From the NCBI GenBank assembly GCA_964498295.1, contig CAZCGJ010000001.1:1669-65668 (forward strand): 64,000 bases of DNA. The letters run 5' to 3'. The position numbers and the translations under genes are program-made. The notes below the pieces were generated by a model. That model was not told the origin of the DNA. It saw only the letters and a program-made list of their open reading frames with translations, and did no database searches. Positions 1 through 9,584 of this stretch are shown piece by piece. Source of the DNA: Candidatus Woesearchaeota archaeon (GTDB lineage Archaea > Nanobdellota > Nanobdellia > Pacearchaeales > GW2011-AR1). Positions within the stretch are counted from its first letter, which is position 1; each line of letters starts with the position of its first letter.

Positions 1-2
1 GG

Positions 3-1571
3 GATGGAACAGTTTCACACATCGAATCAGAAGTAGATTATTCAATCGAACAAAGAGGAAATAAGTCAGTACTGCTAGTTCATAATATTAGAAGCAATTT
101 TTCAAATTCTGCGACCGCAGATGCATTGAAAAAAGCTAAAGAAATAATCAATTTCGATAATATGGTTCTAAATAAATTATACGGAGATAAATTAGAAAGA
201 GAAATATTACCAGATTTAGTAATCGCAGGATCTCACGGATCAGGAGCATTTAGAGCCCAACCATGGTTCCATAGTTCTGACGATATAATAAGAGGAAATC
301 TCTCTGGAAAACAATATACTGCAGAAGAAAAGAAAATGTGCTGGCTAGTACAACTTCCAAAGTTCCAAGATTTACAACAACTTATGTGGTTAAGAGACAA
401 GGGCTTCAAAAATGCACATGTTAAAGCAATGGAAGCAGGCCCATTCGCTACAGCAGCAATTTTACATTCAGAAGACTCAGAGGGAGTTTCAGACTATACG
501 GTTCTCGACACATCCTACTTAGAACAACTATCTGAAATTGATGCTCAAATAAAAACATACCAAACAGAAACAAAAACGCTTGAAGGACAAGCAAAGGAAC
601 AAGCCAAACAAGAAATAGGAAAATTAAAATCTAAATTAGAAAGAATGGTTAATGGCAAAAGAGTTTCAATAGAAGCAATGGGCGATGCCCACATAGGTAC
701 AATTAATGTAACCGATGCGTCATCTAATTACCAAATGCTTAGAGCACTAAATTCTTATTTTGATAGACATGGATTACCTGATATTGTTTCACTTGATGAA
801 ATACTGCATGGTTGTGAAGATGGCATGTTTAAAGGAGCTGCAAGATATGAAGGCATGAATCCTGAAGAGTTCAGACAAAGAGTTGTTGAAAAAGTTCTAA
901 GAAATGTAAAAGAAGGAACATTGACAGAAACAGAAGCGATTAAAACACTTGCAAGTGAAAGCATAAGAAATTTGCAGAAAATCCCAGTACATAACGAAGC
1001 AGTTCAATTGTCTTTATATAATAGAATCTTAAAAGAACCATTCTTAGATAAAGTTTTGAAAGCAGGAGGAAAAGTAATTTTCACAAGCGGAAATCACTAC
1101 GGCCATGCAAACAGAAATGATGATGAAGCTCTAAAGTTGGCAGGACAATATCCTGAAGCCTATAGAGAAAGCGGAAGAATAATTGCAAACAGCGGCTTAG
1201 GAAATCCAGTAGGAGTAGGCACAATCATTCTTCCAGGCGAACAAAAATTATTTGTAATGCATAAATTCAAAGAACAAAATGATGAAGTTTATGGGATGAT
1301 GGCCCAACTAAGAAGATCTAATAATAATTCAGACATAGTAATTGGAGGAGATAGACACCACCCAGGATTAGGATATGCAGACGGACACTTAGTAGTATTA
1401 CATCCAGGATTAGAGCCAATAAATGGATACGTTCCGACAATCGGAAAACCCTCCGGAGTAAGAGGTGCAAATGTTATAGAATACATCCCAGGAGTAAGGG
1501 GTATCGCAAGCGTAAAAAGTATTTATGATCCTACACTTGAAAAAATAATAAGAACAGAAAATATAATTTAA
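3..1571 (+). CDS. 5'-truncated protein with calcineurin-like metallophosphoesterase-type motifs (GNHYGHAN, GGDRHHPG); the frame is open to the window edge and the TTG at 126 is only the ORF-caller start
   Basis: No stop codon in frame from position 3 to 126; phosphoesterase-like motifs in the translation; function not recognised beyond that. Confidence 0.35.
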   Translation, partial: DGTVSHIESEVDYSIEQRGNKSVLLVHNIRSNFSNSATADALKKAKEIINFDNMVLNKLYGDKLEREILPDLVIAGSHGSGAFRAQPWFHSSDDIIRGNLSGKQYTAEEKKMCWLVQLPKFQDLQQLMWLRDKGFKNAHVKAMEAGPFATAAILHSEDSEGVSDYTVLDTSYLEQLSEIDAQIKTYQTETKTLEGQAKEQAKQEIGKLKSKLERMVNGKRVSIEAMGDAHIGTINVTDASSNYQMLRALNSYFDRHGLPDIVSLDEILHGCEDGMFKGAARYEGMNPEEFRQRVVEKVLRNVKEGTLTETEAIKTLASESIRNLQKIPVHNEAVQLSLYNRILKEPFLDKVLKAGGKVIFTSGNHYGHANRNDDEALKLAGQYPEAYRESGRIIANSGLGNPVGVGTIILPGEQKLFVMHKFKEQNDEVYGMMAQLRRSNNNSDIVIGGDRHHPGLGYADGHLVVLHPGLEPINGYVPTIGKPSGVRGANVIEYIPGVRGIASVKSIYDPTLEKIIRTENII

Positions 1572-1573
1572 TT

Positions 1574-2572
1574 TTATTTAGTAGTCACATAAACTTTATC
1601 TGCAAAAACAACTGTATGTTCTGCCTGTGAAACTGGCTTTCTTTCTTTCTCAACTAAAGTAGGAAAATTATAAACAATTCCTTCTTTAACTAACAAAGAT
1701 AAACAATAATTTGGCTTAGCTAAATTTGCTCTTTCTATCCATCTCTTACAGAAAGGTTTTGTCTTATAAGTTCTTTTAATATAGTTTAACATATCCCTAG
1801 CATCTCTATCTCTTGGAAGTTTTTCTTGTTGCATAACATAAATCTCGGATAATTTCCCCTCAAAAATTTCTCCTTTACCTTCTGTTAAAAAGGGTTCAAT
1901 AGCAATAGCAGTATCTTCTAATTCAAATTCGTTTTCATTTTTCAAATTGCTAACAGTAATTCCTGCATGAATATTATCTTTATCTAACCCGTGTCCAGTT
2001 AAATTTCTAATAACTTTATATTTTCCATGCTTCTCTACAATACTTGAAATAGTATTTCCAATAACTTTTAACGGAGAACCAACTTTTAATTCTTTCAAAG
2101 CAGCTTCAAGTGCTTCATTATTAACTTTAATCATATCAGAATATCTTTTATCATCTGTCAAATCAAAAGAAACAGCAGTATCTGCAATAAATCCTCCAAC
2201 CTCGACTCCAATATCTACTTTCATTAAACCACTTGCTTTTGTTTCATCTCTTGCAGTAGGAGTATAATGTGCTGCAATCTCATCAATAGAAATATTTGTA
2301 GGAAAAGCCATATCTCCGCCAAGTTCTTTTATTCTAACTTCAATCTTGTCTGCAATCTCAACAACTAAAACATCTTTCTTCACGATTTCTTTCATATACT
2401 CTTTAATTTTCTTAGAAATTTCTCCAGCTTTAATATAATTCTTTAATGCTTCCGGAGTAATTCCTTCTGATTCATCATCTTCGCTATAAACCTTACTTGA
2501 TTTTAAATAACTAGCATCCGCTGGTTTATTTGTTCTGAAATTATCTGCTTTTCCGAAATCTTCTGTTGGCAT
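1574..2572 (-). CDS. map: Methionine aminopeptidase type 2 (archaeal MetAP2)
   Basis: Pita-bread fold signature stretches (AFPTNISIDEIAAHYTP, DIGVEVGGFIADTAVSF, HGLDKDNIHAG, AIEPF) with the typical type-2 insertion. Confidence 0.85.
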   Translation of the reverse strand: MPTEDFGKADNFRTNKPADASYLKSSKVYSEDDESEGITPEALKNYIKAGEISKKIKEYMKEIVKKDVLVVEIADKIEVRIKELGGDMAFPTNISIDEIAAHYTPTARDETKASGLMKVDIGVEVGGFIADTAVSFDLTDDKRYSDMIKVNNEALEAALKELKVGSPLKVIGNTISSIVEKHGKYKVIRNLTGHGLDKDNIHAGITVSNLKNENEFELEDTAIAIEPFLTEGKGEIFEGKLSEIYVMQQEKLPRDRDARDMLNYIKRTYKTKPFCKRWIERANLAKPNYCLSLLVKEGIVYNFPTLVEKERKPVSQAEHTVVFADKVYVTTK

Positions 2573-2694
2573 AATTTGTATAGAAAATGAGAGTTTTTAA
2601 GATTATGGAAGATGAATTAACTAATTCCCAATTATTTGCTCTTCCGATAAAACCTAACCAACAATATTAAATGTTTTGTCGCGGGAAAGGCAAA

Positions 2695-3186
2695 TTAATT
2701 ACGTATACGCCTTTCCTTTGGTAGAAAACTCAATAAAATTCCCTGTTCAGTTAACTTTCCAGTTCCGATAAGATCGTCCTTAAACTTAACAGCAACATAA
2801 CTAACAATTCCTTTATATTTCGCTTTTTGCTCAGCACTTAATTCTAAATTATTTCCTCTAAACCATTTCTCAGCTTGTTCTTGATCAAGTTCAACAATAT
2901 TTTTTGTAATCTGATCTTTCATTAAATGCAAAGCATCTAAACTCAAACGCGCTTCTTTTCTTCCATGCTTATCAATTATCATTTTACCAAAATATAACCC
3001 CCAACCTTCAACTGGGAAATTTCTCCAAATCTTCATTAATTCATCTACATGTAAATGCCCAGAATAAACTCTGACAGTCTCACTACCTGTTTGAGCAAAA
3101 AGTTTATTTGTCTTAAAATCACCCAAGTATGAAACTTCTTTCAAAAAATCCTTCTTCTTATGCGAATCTAATATTTCAACTTTCAT
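2695..3186 (-). CDS. Hypothetical protein, possibly a PUA/NIP7-like RNA-binding protein; last gene of a ligT-grpB operon
   Basis: 163-aa ORF starting with an ATGA overlap on the upstream gene stop; only weak resemblance to PUA-domain proteins. Confidence 0.3.
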   Translation of the reverse strand: MKVEILDSHKKKDFLKEVSYLGDFKTNKLFAQTGSETVRVYSGHLHVDELMKIWRNFPVEGWGLYFGKMIIDKHGRKEARLSLDALHLMKDQITKNIVELDQEQAEKWFRGNNLELSAEQKAKYKGIVSYVAVKFKDDLIGTGKLTEQGILLSFLPKERRIRN

Positions 3187-3674
3187 TTTGAATGTCTTTT
3201 AATAAAAGCCTCCTTTAACTCTCTGTAAATCTTTCCTTCGCCTTTAGAAATAATAACTGCTTTCTTTTTAATGTCTGCATATTCCCTAGCAAGAGCAGAG
3301 TTATTCTTTAATTTATCTCTAAATTTAATAGACTGCTTCCATGTTTTACTTCCAATCAAAGTTAAATGAACATGAAAATGATTTCTAAATAAAAAACCTC
3401 TATAAATTCTAAGAGAAATTCTATCCTTAAGTTCACTCATAACTTCATATCTGTTCTTAATTAAAACTAATTTTGCAAAATCCATATCTTTTTTCCTTTT
3501 GAAACTAATAAGGATATCAATAATTCCCTTCCCGCCCATTCCGAAAACAGAAGTGCTTCCAACATGTTCAAGACCAAAAATGTTTGGCAAAACCCTAATC
3601 AAAAACAACTTCTCAGCCTCGAAGATTTTAGGATATTTGTTACTATACTTTCTAAATGAATATTTTTTTAACAT
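3183..3674 (-). CDS. GrpB-family (UPF0157) nucleotidyltransferase-fold protein
   Basis: GLEHVGSTSV...GKGIIDI and HFHVH motifs typical of GrpB; start moved to the internal Met (MLKKYSF) because the longer ORF overlaps the upstream ligT gene. Confidence 0.55.
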   Translation of the reverse strand: MLKKYSFRKYSNKYPKIFEAEKLFLIRVLPNIFGLEHVGSTSVFGMGGKGIIDILISFKRKKDMDFAKLVLIKNRYEVMSELKDRISLRIYRGFLFRNHFHVHLTLIGSKTWKQSIKFRDKLKNNSALAREYADIKKKAVIISKGEGKIYRELKEAFIKRHSK

Positions 3675-3675
3675 T

Positions 3676-4227
3676 TTACTTAATCTCGTAGATTTTGTAA
3701 ACCTCCCAAACATTTTTATTTTTCTTAAGTAGAGCAACATTATCAAAGTTGGTTTCAAATTTTTTATCTGGAAGAGAATTAAGATATTCAACCATACCCT
3801 TAAAACTTTCAAGAGTATTTCCGTATCCAATAGTTAAATGTGGAGTAAAAGCCAAATCATGCCTATCTAAAGGAAAACCCCTTATTTTTCTTAATTCTTC
3901 AACTAAATCTTTTTGTATTTTAATAGCCTCTTCAGAAAATTCGGAATTCAGGAAAATAACTTTTTCCCTAAAGTTACTAAAACCTCCAACCGAAATTGAT
4001 TGACTCTTTTGAGTCTTTACAAAAGCTTCTAGCAAATCTTCGATAATTGCAATATCATCAGCCCAAAAAGGAGCTTTCAAAGTAAAATGTGAAGGTCGAG
4101 GATTTTCAATCAAATAATTTTCATTAAATTTAGGCCCAACTGTCTTAACCAATTCTTCGTGATATCTTCCAGACTCGCCCCTAAGCAAATGTACAATCAC
4201 AAAATCACCATTAATCATCTCACTCAT
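3676..4227 (-). CDS. ligT: 2H-phosphoesterase family RNA 2',3'-cyclic phosphodiesterase / 2'-5' RNA ligase (LigT/ThpR)
   Basis: Two H-x-T/S-x motifs (SHFTLK and PHLTIGYG) spaced as in LigT; start chosen at MSEMING, whose ATG overlaps the Nop2 stop (alternative start at 4218). Confidence 0.7.
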   Translation of the reverse strand: MSEMINGDFVIVHLLRGESGRYHEELVKTVGPKFNENYLIENPRPSHFTLKAPFWADDIAIIEDLLEAFVKTQKSQSISVGGFSNFREKVIFLNSEFSEEAIKIQKDLVEELRKIRGFPLDRHDLAFTPHLTIGYGNTLESFKGMVEYLNSLPDKKFETNFDNVALLKKNKNVWEVYKIYEIK

Positions 4228-5359
4228 TTTCATTTTCTCCTTCTTCACTATAATCATCTTCTTCGTCTAATAAACCTTCCTCAATCTGCCTAGTTACCTT
4301 GTCAACATTAGGATCCTTAGATTCCTCAACGTCTGTAAGTTTACAATCTTCGCTTAGCTTTTTAATTTTCGCCAAAAAGAAACCATCCGAATTATTGTCT
4401 TGAGGATATAATCTCCTACAATTTTTTATTTCTGGATTGTAAGTCTCCCCTTCCCATTCTAAAATTCCATCTCTTGTTTTCAAAGGCAAATCAATTTTCA
4501 TTATTTCAATATCAAAGTTTTCTTTCAAGTAATTTACAACAGATTCATCTTCTTCAGGCCCGAGAGTACAAGTAGAATAAATCATTTCACCATCAACTTT
4601 TAGTAATTTCAATGCTTCAGAAGCTAATTTCCTTTGAACCTTAGAAAGTGCTTGAATATATTTTAAATTCCACATATCAAAAGTCTTAGGAGATTTTCTT
4701 AATGTACCTTCACCAGAACAAGGAGCATCAACTAATATTTTATCAAATTTCATTTTTACCTCTTTTGTCCATCTCTTGCAAAATTGCACACCATCTTTTC
4801 TTGTAATAATAGTGTTAGATACTCCAGACTTTTCCAAATTAGCACTTAAAATTCTTATTCTGCCCAAACTTACCTCATTAGCAATAATTGTACCCTGATT
4901 ATTCATTAAAGCTGCTGCCTGAGTAGTTTTACTACCTGGAGAAGAACATAAATCTAAAAATAATTCGTCAGCTTGTGGCTTCAAAGCAAAAATAGGTAAC
5001 ATAGAGGAGATTTCTTGTACATAATAATATCCTAATAAATGCTCAAATGTCTTTCCTAAAGCTCCCGGAACTAATTTACTCTCTCTTTCTACCAATAAAA
5101 CTTCTGGAAACTCTTTGTAAGGTTGGCTCATAATCCATCCATAAGATTCTAATCTTTTCTTCATTTCTTCAGGAGAAATTTTCAAAGTATTAACTCTAAT
5201 AAAATCGGGACTTGCAAAATAAGCAATCTCGAAAAACTTTTTAGCATCTTCTTTTCCAATCAGTTTCTCAATTCTTTGAACAAACTCTTCTTTAGGTTTG
5301 TATCTTTCCATCAACTTTTCTTTGTTGGTTTTTTTAACGTAATTCTTTCCACTATCCAT
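4220..5359 (-). CDS. NOL1/NOP2/Sun-family RNA (cytosine-C5)-methyltransferase
   Basis: SAM-binding motif DLCSSPGSKT, catalytic DAPCSGEGT and TCT(L) motifs; acidic C-terminal tail. Confidence 0.85.
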   Translation of the reverse strand: MDSGKNYVKKTNKEKLMERYKPKEEFVQRIEKLIGKEDAKKFFEIAYFASPDFIRVNTLKISPEEMKKRLESYGWIMSQPYKEFPEVLLVERESKLVPGALGKTFEHLLGYYYVQEISSMLPIFALKPQADELFLDLCSSPGSKTTQAAALMNNQGTIIANEVSLGRIRILSANLEKSGVSNTIITRKDGVQFCKRWTKEVKMKFDKILVDAPCSGEGTLRKSPKTFDMWNLKYIQALSKVQRKLASEALKLLKVDGEMIYSTCTLGPEEDESVVNYLKENFDIEIMKIDLPLKTRDGILEWEGETYNPEIKNCRRLYPQDNNSDGFFLAKIKKLSEDCKLTDVEESKDPNVDKVTRQIEEGLLDEEDDYSEEGENENE

Positions 5360-5445
5360 AAATTTACAAGAAAATAAGACTATAAAAGACTATTTGAAAC
5401 GAAAATTAAGCAAGACTTATAAAGAAACTCTGCCTAGAAATATAT

Positions 5446-6381
5446 ATGATTGAATATATCAAGAGAGTAGATAAAAAAGAAAAGGTGAAAAGAATTAAAG
5501 CAATAACAGATGACTGCTGGATAAAATGTGTAAACCCTTCTGAAGAAGAATTAGGAGATCTATCGAAAAAATTTAAATTAAGAACAGATTTACTAATTGA
5601 TGGATTAGATGTTTATGAAAATCCAAGGATAGAGCAAGAAAGGGAAGCAGTATATATTTTCCTTAGAGCTCCTCTAATAGACAATCCTCAACATCCAAAA
5701 ATAGAGCAAGATTCAAGTGAATCATTCTTACTAGTTTTAACAAAAGACAATATTATAACTGTAAGTAAAACAGAATTACAAATTTTCAAACTTTTAGAAA
5801 ACTCAAAAAGCCTATTTACAGACAATCGTTCTCTGACAACATTATTGATTCTTTCGTTTATTTCCAAGATTTTTGGAAACAGTGTTAGAGAAATTATGAA
5901 AACTGTAAAAAAAGATAAAACAAATATTGCGCATTATAATGAAAAAGACTTATTTAAATTGGTAATAAAGGAAGACGCAATTAATGACTATCTTTCATCA
6001 TTCTCTCCTTTGATAGATATAAATAAACAAGTAGTAGGAATTAAGTCACTTAGATTCCCAGATGAAGAAAAAGACTTTATTGAAGATTTAGCAATTGATT
6101 TGAACCAAACATTGAGCACATGTAAAAACGCATTAAAAAGTATTTCAACAATGAGAGACTATTACACTGCAACATTAACAAACAAGTTAAATAAAACAAT
6201 CACTCTTCTTACCTTTTTCACAGTTTTTTTAACAATACCAACTATGCTTTTTAGCCTGTATGGAATGAACATCACGTTGCCCTTCCAACAGCACCCTTTA
6301 GTTTTTGAACTTATAATATCCGGAATAATTATAGGGTGGTTTATTTTATTAATAGTTCTTAAGAAAATGAAGATGTTCTAA
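5446..6381 (+). CDS. corA: CorA-family Mg2+/Co2+ transporter
   Basis: YGMN signature (LYGMNITLPF) followed by two C-terminal TM helices. Confidence 0.85.
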   Translation: MIEYIKRVDKKEKVKRIKAITDDCWIKCVNPSEEELGDLSKKFKLRTDLLIDGLDVYENPRIEQEREAVYIFLRAPLIDNPQHPKIEQDSSESFLLVLTKDNIITVSKTELQIFKLLENSKSLFTDNRSLTTLLILSFISKIFGNSVREIMKTVKKDKTNIAHYNEKDLFKLVIKEDAINDYLSSFSPLIDINKQVVGIKSLRFPDEEKDFIEDLAIDLNQTLSTCKNALKSISTMRDYYTATLTNKLNKTITLLTFFTVFLTIPTMLFSLYGMNITLPFQQHPLVFELIISGIIIGWFILLIVLKKMKMF

Positions 6382-7091
6382 GACTTACCAAATGCCCTAG
6401 ATTCATATTCACCTAGAGCTCTGTCTAAATCATTATTTTCAGCCAAATCACGAACAAGCTGAATAGAAAAATCTAGACTATCAGAAGAAAACCCTATTAG
6501 AGATTCCTCAGCTTCACACAATAATTCATACTTCGCAGCAATATGAAGTCTCCGATACTCCGGACTTCCCCTCACTAATTTTAATTTTTTTGCCTTTTCT
6601 TCGGCATATTCGAGCGAAGCATTTCTCAATAACGCTATTTCATCTTCAGAAACATATTCCGATAAACAACATTCCATTGCACTAATGTATTCATTAAGTT
6701 CATCATTAAAACTAGGATTAGAACTTTTAACAGCACCTTCTTCCGGCCGAGTTAATCTTTCTACTTCTTCCTCAACTAAATGATCAATAGCTGTGTATTT
6801 TGGAAGCTTATGCTTTAAACCCATGACTGATGAAGGACTATTATTCATTCTTTCTTGAAAATCTTTATAAAATTTTTTAAAAACTTTAGAACGAGTCATA
6901 GTTTGTAATTGAAAATATCTTTTACAATTAAGAGGAATGCCTAAATATTCTGCTTTTCTCTCCGCGAAAGCAAAAGCCCATCCTTGGAGATATTTAACTT
7001 CTCCATTCAATAACCAGTCCCCTAACTGAGATTCCATTTTCTGAGTTTCAAATTTAATTGAACTCCAATCAAGCGAATCTAGCCCGCCCAT
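6378..7091 (-). CDS. Hypothetical protein (237 aa), GC-richer than its neighbours
   Basis: Long ORF convergent with corA with overlapping stop codons; no recognisable motifs; composition differs from the surrounding genes. Confidence 0.4.
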   Translation of the reverse strand: MGGLDSLDWSSIKFETQKMESQLGDWLLNGEVKYLQGWAFAFAERKAEYLGIPLNCKRYFQLQTMTRSKVFKKFYKDFQERMNNSPSSVMGLKHKLPKYTAIDHLVEEEVERLTRPEEGAVKSSNPSFNDELNEYISAMECCLSEYVSEDEIALLRNASLEYAEEKAKKLKLVRGSPEYRRLHIAAKYELLCEAEESLIGFSSDSLDFSIQLVRDLAENNDLDRALGEYESRAFGKS

Positions 7092-7142
7092 AAAAAATAT
7101 AATGAAAACAACTTAATATATTTATCGAATATATTTAATATA

Positions 7143-9509
7143 CTAGAACAATGTCTTCTGCTTTGTTCCTTTCAAAACATCATCAAAATCTTTCTTGAAT
7201 AAGCCTAAAATCTGATTTGCAATAGGTTTTATCTGCTTATCAATATAATGTTCATAATCCAACTTATGTTTCAACTTCTGAATAGGTTCTGGCCCATCCA
7301 CAGTAATAAAATATTCAATAATATTAGACTCTACAAAATCTAACTTTCTAGCAGCCTTTACATGAGGAGGAGTTGTTTTAGTATATTCTTCTAAATTCTT
7401 TCTTATAGACTTTCTATAAACTAATTTCTTATCCATTTTCCCAGCCAAAATATCCCTTACATATTCCCGAATAAACCCATCAATCTCTTTCTTCTTAAAA
7501 ACTTTTGTCAGCAATTCTTTTTGGAATTCCTGTGCAGCTTCAGTCCAATCCCCTCTAATTGCCTCAAGACCTGTAATTTCTAATATTTCTTTACCATTAT
7601 CTAAAACTAGGCCAGCATATCTTTTTTTAGCAGCTTTCTTACCATCCTCATCACCTTCTTTTCTTAATGCAGGAAACATCATAGAAATGTATTGCTTCTT
7701 AAATTCTAACTCAAGATAAGAATCTCTCCCATAATTTTCTGTAACATAATCTTTGTAAAAATCATTAATGTATTTTTGAAGAACAAGAGCTAATTTATCC
7801 GCCTTTTCGTAATCTGAAACACCAGACTCTACAAAAACAGAGTCTGTATCGGAATAAATAACTTTGTAACCTTTTTCTTCGATCTTCTTTGCTGTCAACT
7901 GAATAATTTGTCTAGCAAAAGCAGTAATTGCTGAAGCCATGTTAAAATCAAAATAACGACAATTTGGTGAAGCCAAAACACCCCAGAAAGAATTCATAAT
8001 AATTTTAATTGCATAACTCGAAAGTTCTCTTTTTTCTTTCTTTGCCTTTTCTCTTGCAGCATGCAACTCAGTAATGACCTGAGGAAGAATTCCTTCTGAA
8101 TTTCTAAAATAAACCTTATTAGGGGCCTCAACTACATTTTTCTCATTATCTAAATTATGTCCTAAATAAGAAGCAGGATCTACATTGAATGTTTTAATGA
8201 TGGAAGGATACAGAGACTTAAAATCCAAAATAAGAACATTATGGAAAATTCCAGAAGCAGTAGATGCAACATATCCTCCTTTAAGTTTTTCCTCTTTTTG
8301 TCCAAACTGAACAGAAGGAGAAACAATACCTTTTTTTCTTAATTCTCTTATATAAACAGAATCAAAAGCGGCAATTGAAGCAGTTAACCTATCGATAGTC
8401 ATCCCAGTTAACTGACTTCTTTCAATAGATAACTCGATCATTTTAGTTTTTTCCAAAATCTCATAAACCAATTCACAATCAATCAAGTTATATTCTGTTA
8501 ATTTTTTCAAATTTGCAAGATTATCAGAATGAAACCAAGATTCAATTTCTATGTGTCGATTATTTCCTTTTATGGTTTTTCCCTTACCTAATAATTGTTG
8601 AGAAACATTTTCCAAAGTATATGACTCAAACTTTGCACTTTTTATAGAAGGTGCTTCTTGGATAAATGGGTCTTGGATAAAATCTAATCCATCTAGAACC
8701 TGTCTACCTACGACAGTAGCACTTGAAGATTTCATAAAGTTAGATTCTATCTTTAACCTAAGATTATCATTTGTTCTTGAAATATCAAAAGGAATTTTAC
8801 GTTTCTTAAATCTAGATTGTAAAAATTCTAAATCGAAATCTATTACATTCCAACCAGTAATAATATCCGGATCAAACTTTTTTAATTCCTCTTTAAATTT
8901 AGTCAAACACTCCTCTTCATCTTTACAGGAGATAACACCTTCAATTTGTTTTTTTGAAACTAAAAAACTCTTCTTATAGTTTTCAGAATACATACCTATA
9001 CAAAATAACTCTTTCTTATCCCCGCTAGTCTCAATATCTATTGAAAGAACTTTTAGTTTTGGAGTAAAAATTACGTGAGAAAGACTAACATTTCTATAAA
9101 CTCTATCTACTCTATCTGAAGTTTCATAATCACCATCAATTTCTATTCCTGCTTTTAAATTGTTATCAATCATAAACCGATTATGAGGTCTTAAATCAGA
9201 TTCATAAGTTGCAACCTTTTCTACATGAATTTCTTTAAGCAACTTATTCAAATCCTCTTGACAAGTATGACTTATTTTGAAAACAGGCTCACCTGCAATA
9301 TTTTTAAAAGAAGTTTCTTCTACCTTAAAAGCCCTCAATAATTTTTTAACAGCATTTCTATCTGCTTCTTTAACAAAAAAATAAGGACTAAACTCATTCA
9401 AAACCACAAAACTCTGCCCATTCTCCAACCTTCCAAAAAGTTGAACAAATGTCTTTCCATCAATATTAGTATAGTCGCTGTCAACTATAAAACCTCTAAT
9501 TTTTGCCAT
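7143..9509 (-). CDS. polB: Family B DNA polymerase (archaeal PolB)
   Basis: Exonuclease motif FDIET, polymerase motif A (DFKSLYPSII) and motif C (YSDTDSVFV). Confidence 0.9.
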   Translation of the reverse strand: MAKIRGFIVDSDYTNIDGKTFVQLFGRLENGQSFVVLNEFSPYFFVKEADRNAVKKLLRAFKVEETSFKNIAGEPVFKISHTCQEDLNKLLKEIHVEKVATYESDLRPHNRFMIDNNLKAGIEIDGDYETSDRVDRVYRNVSLSHVIFTPKLKVLSIDIETSGDKKELFCIGMYSENYKKSFLVSKKQIEGVISCKDEEECLTKFKEELKKFDPDIITGWNVIDFDLEFLQSRFKKRKIPFDISRTNDNLRLKIESNFMKSSSATVVGRQVLDGLDFIQDPFIQEAPSIKSAKFESYTLENVSQQLLGKGKTIKGNNRHIEIESWFHSDNLANLKKLTEYNLIDCELVYEILEKTKMIELSIERSQLTGMTIDRLTASIAAFDSVYIRELRKKGIVSPSVQFGQKEEKLKGGYVASTASGIFHNVLILDFKSLYPSIIKTFNVDPASYLGHNLDNEKNVVEAPNKVYFRNSEGILPQVITELHAAREKAKKEKRELSSYAIKIIMNSFWGVLASPNCRYFDFNMASAITAFARQIIQLTAKKIEEKGYKVIYSDTDSVFVESGVSDYEKADKLALVLQKYINDFYKDYVTENYGRDSYLELEFKKQYISMMFPALRKEGDEDGKKAAKKRYAGLVLDNGKEILEITGLEAIRGDWTEAAQEFQKELLTKVFKKKEIDGFIREYVRDILAGKMDKKLVYRKSIRKNLEEYTKTTPPHVKAARKLDFVESNIIEYFITVDGPEPIQKLKHKLDYEHYIDKQIKPIANQILGLFKKDFDDVLKGTKQKTLF

Positions 9510-9584
9510 AAGCTACAAAACCCTGTAAGATTTATATACTCTTCTAATCCCAAAGTTTATTAATTTCATTCGACTAAATAATAA

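Noticed and set aside
755-964. Short antisense or embedded ORFs throughout the six-frame track, lying inside long well-supported genes. Examples: 755..964, 1289..1486, 10903..11091, 17655..17882, 36548..37043, 46975..49218 and 61195..61543.
   Set aside because: They sit on the opposite strand or in another frame of genes with clear motifs, and they are low-complexity or AT-driven. I treat them as spurious.
126-1571. Considered calling this a DNA polymerase D small subunit or Mre11 on the basis of GNH-type phosphoesterase motifs.
   Set aside because: The motif spacing and context (GNHYGHAN rather than GNHD/E, and no other DP1 or Mre11 blocks) do not support it, and the gene is 5'-truncated by the window.
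3499-4003. Plus-strand ORFs 3499..3732 and 3749..4003 opposite grpB and ligT.
   Set aside because: Antisense to two genes with recognisable family motifs, with no RBS or signal features.
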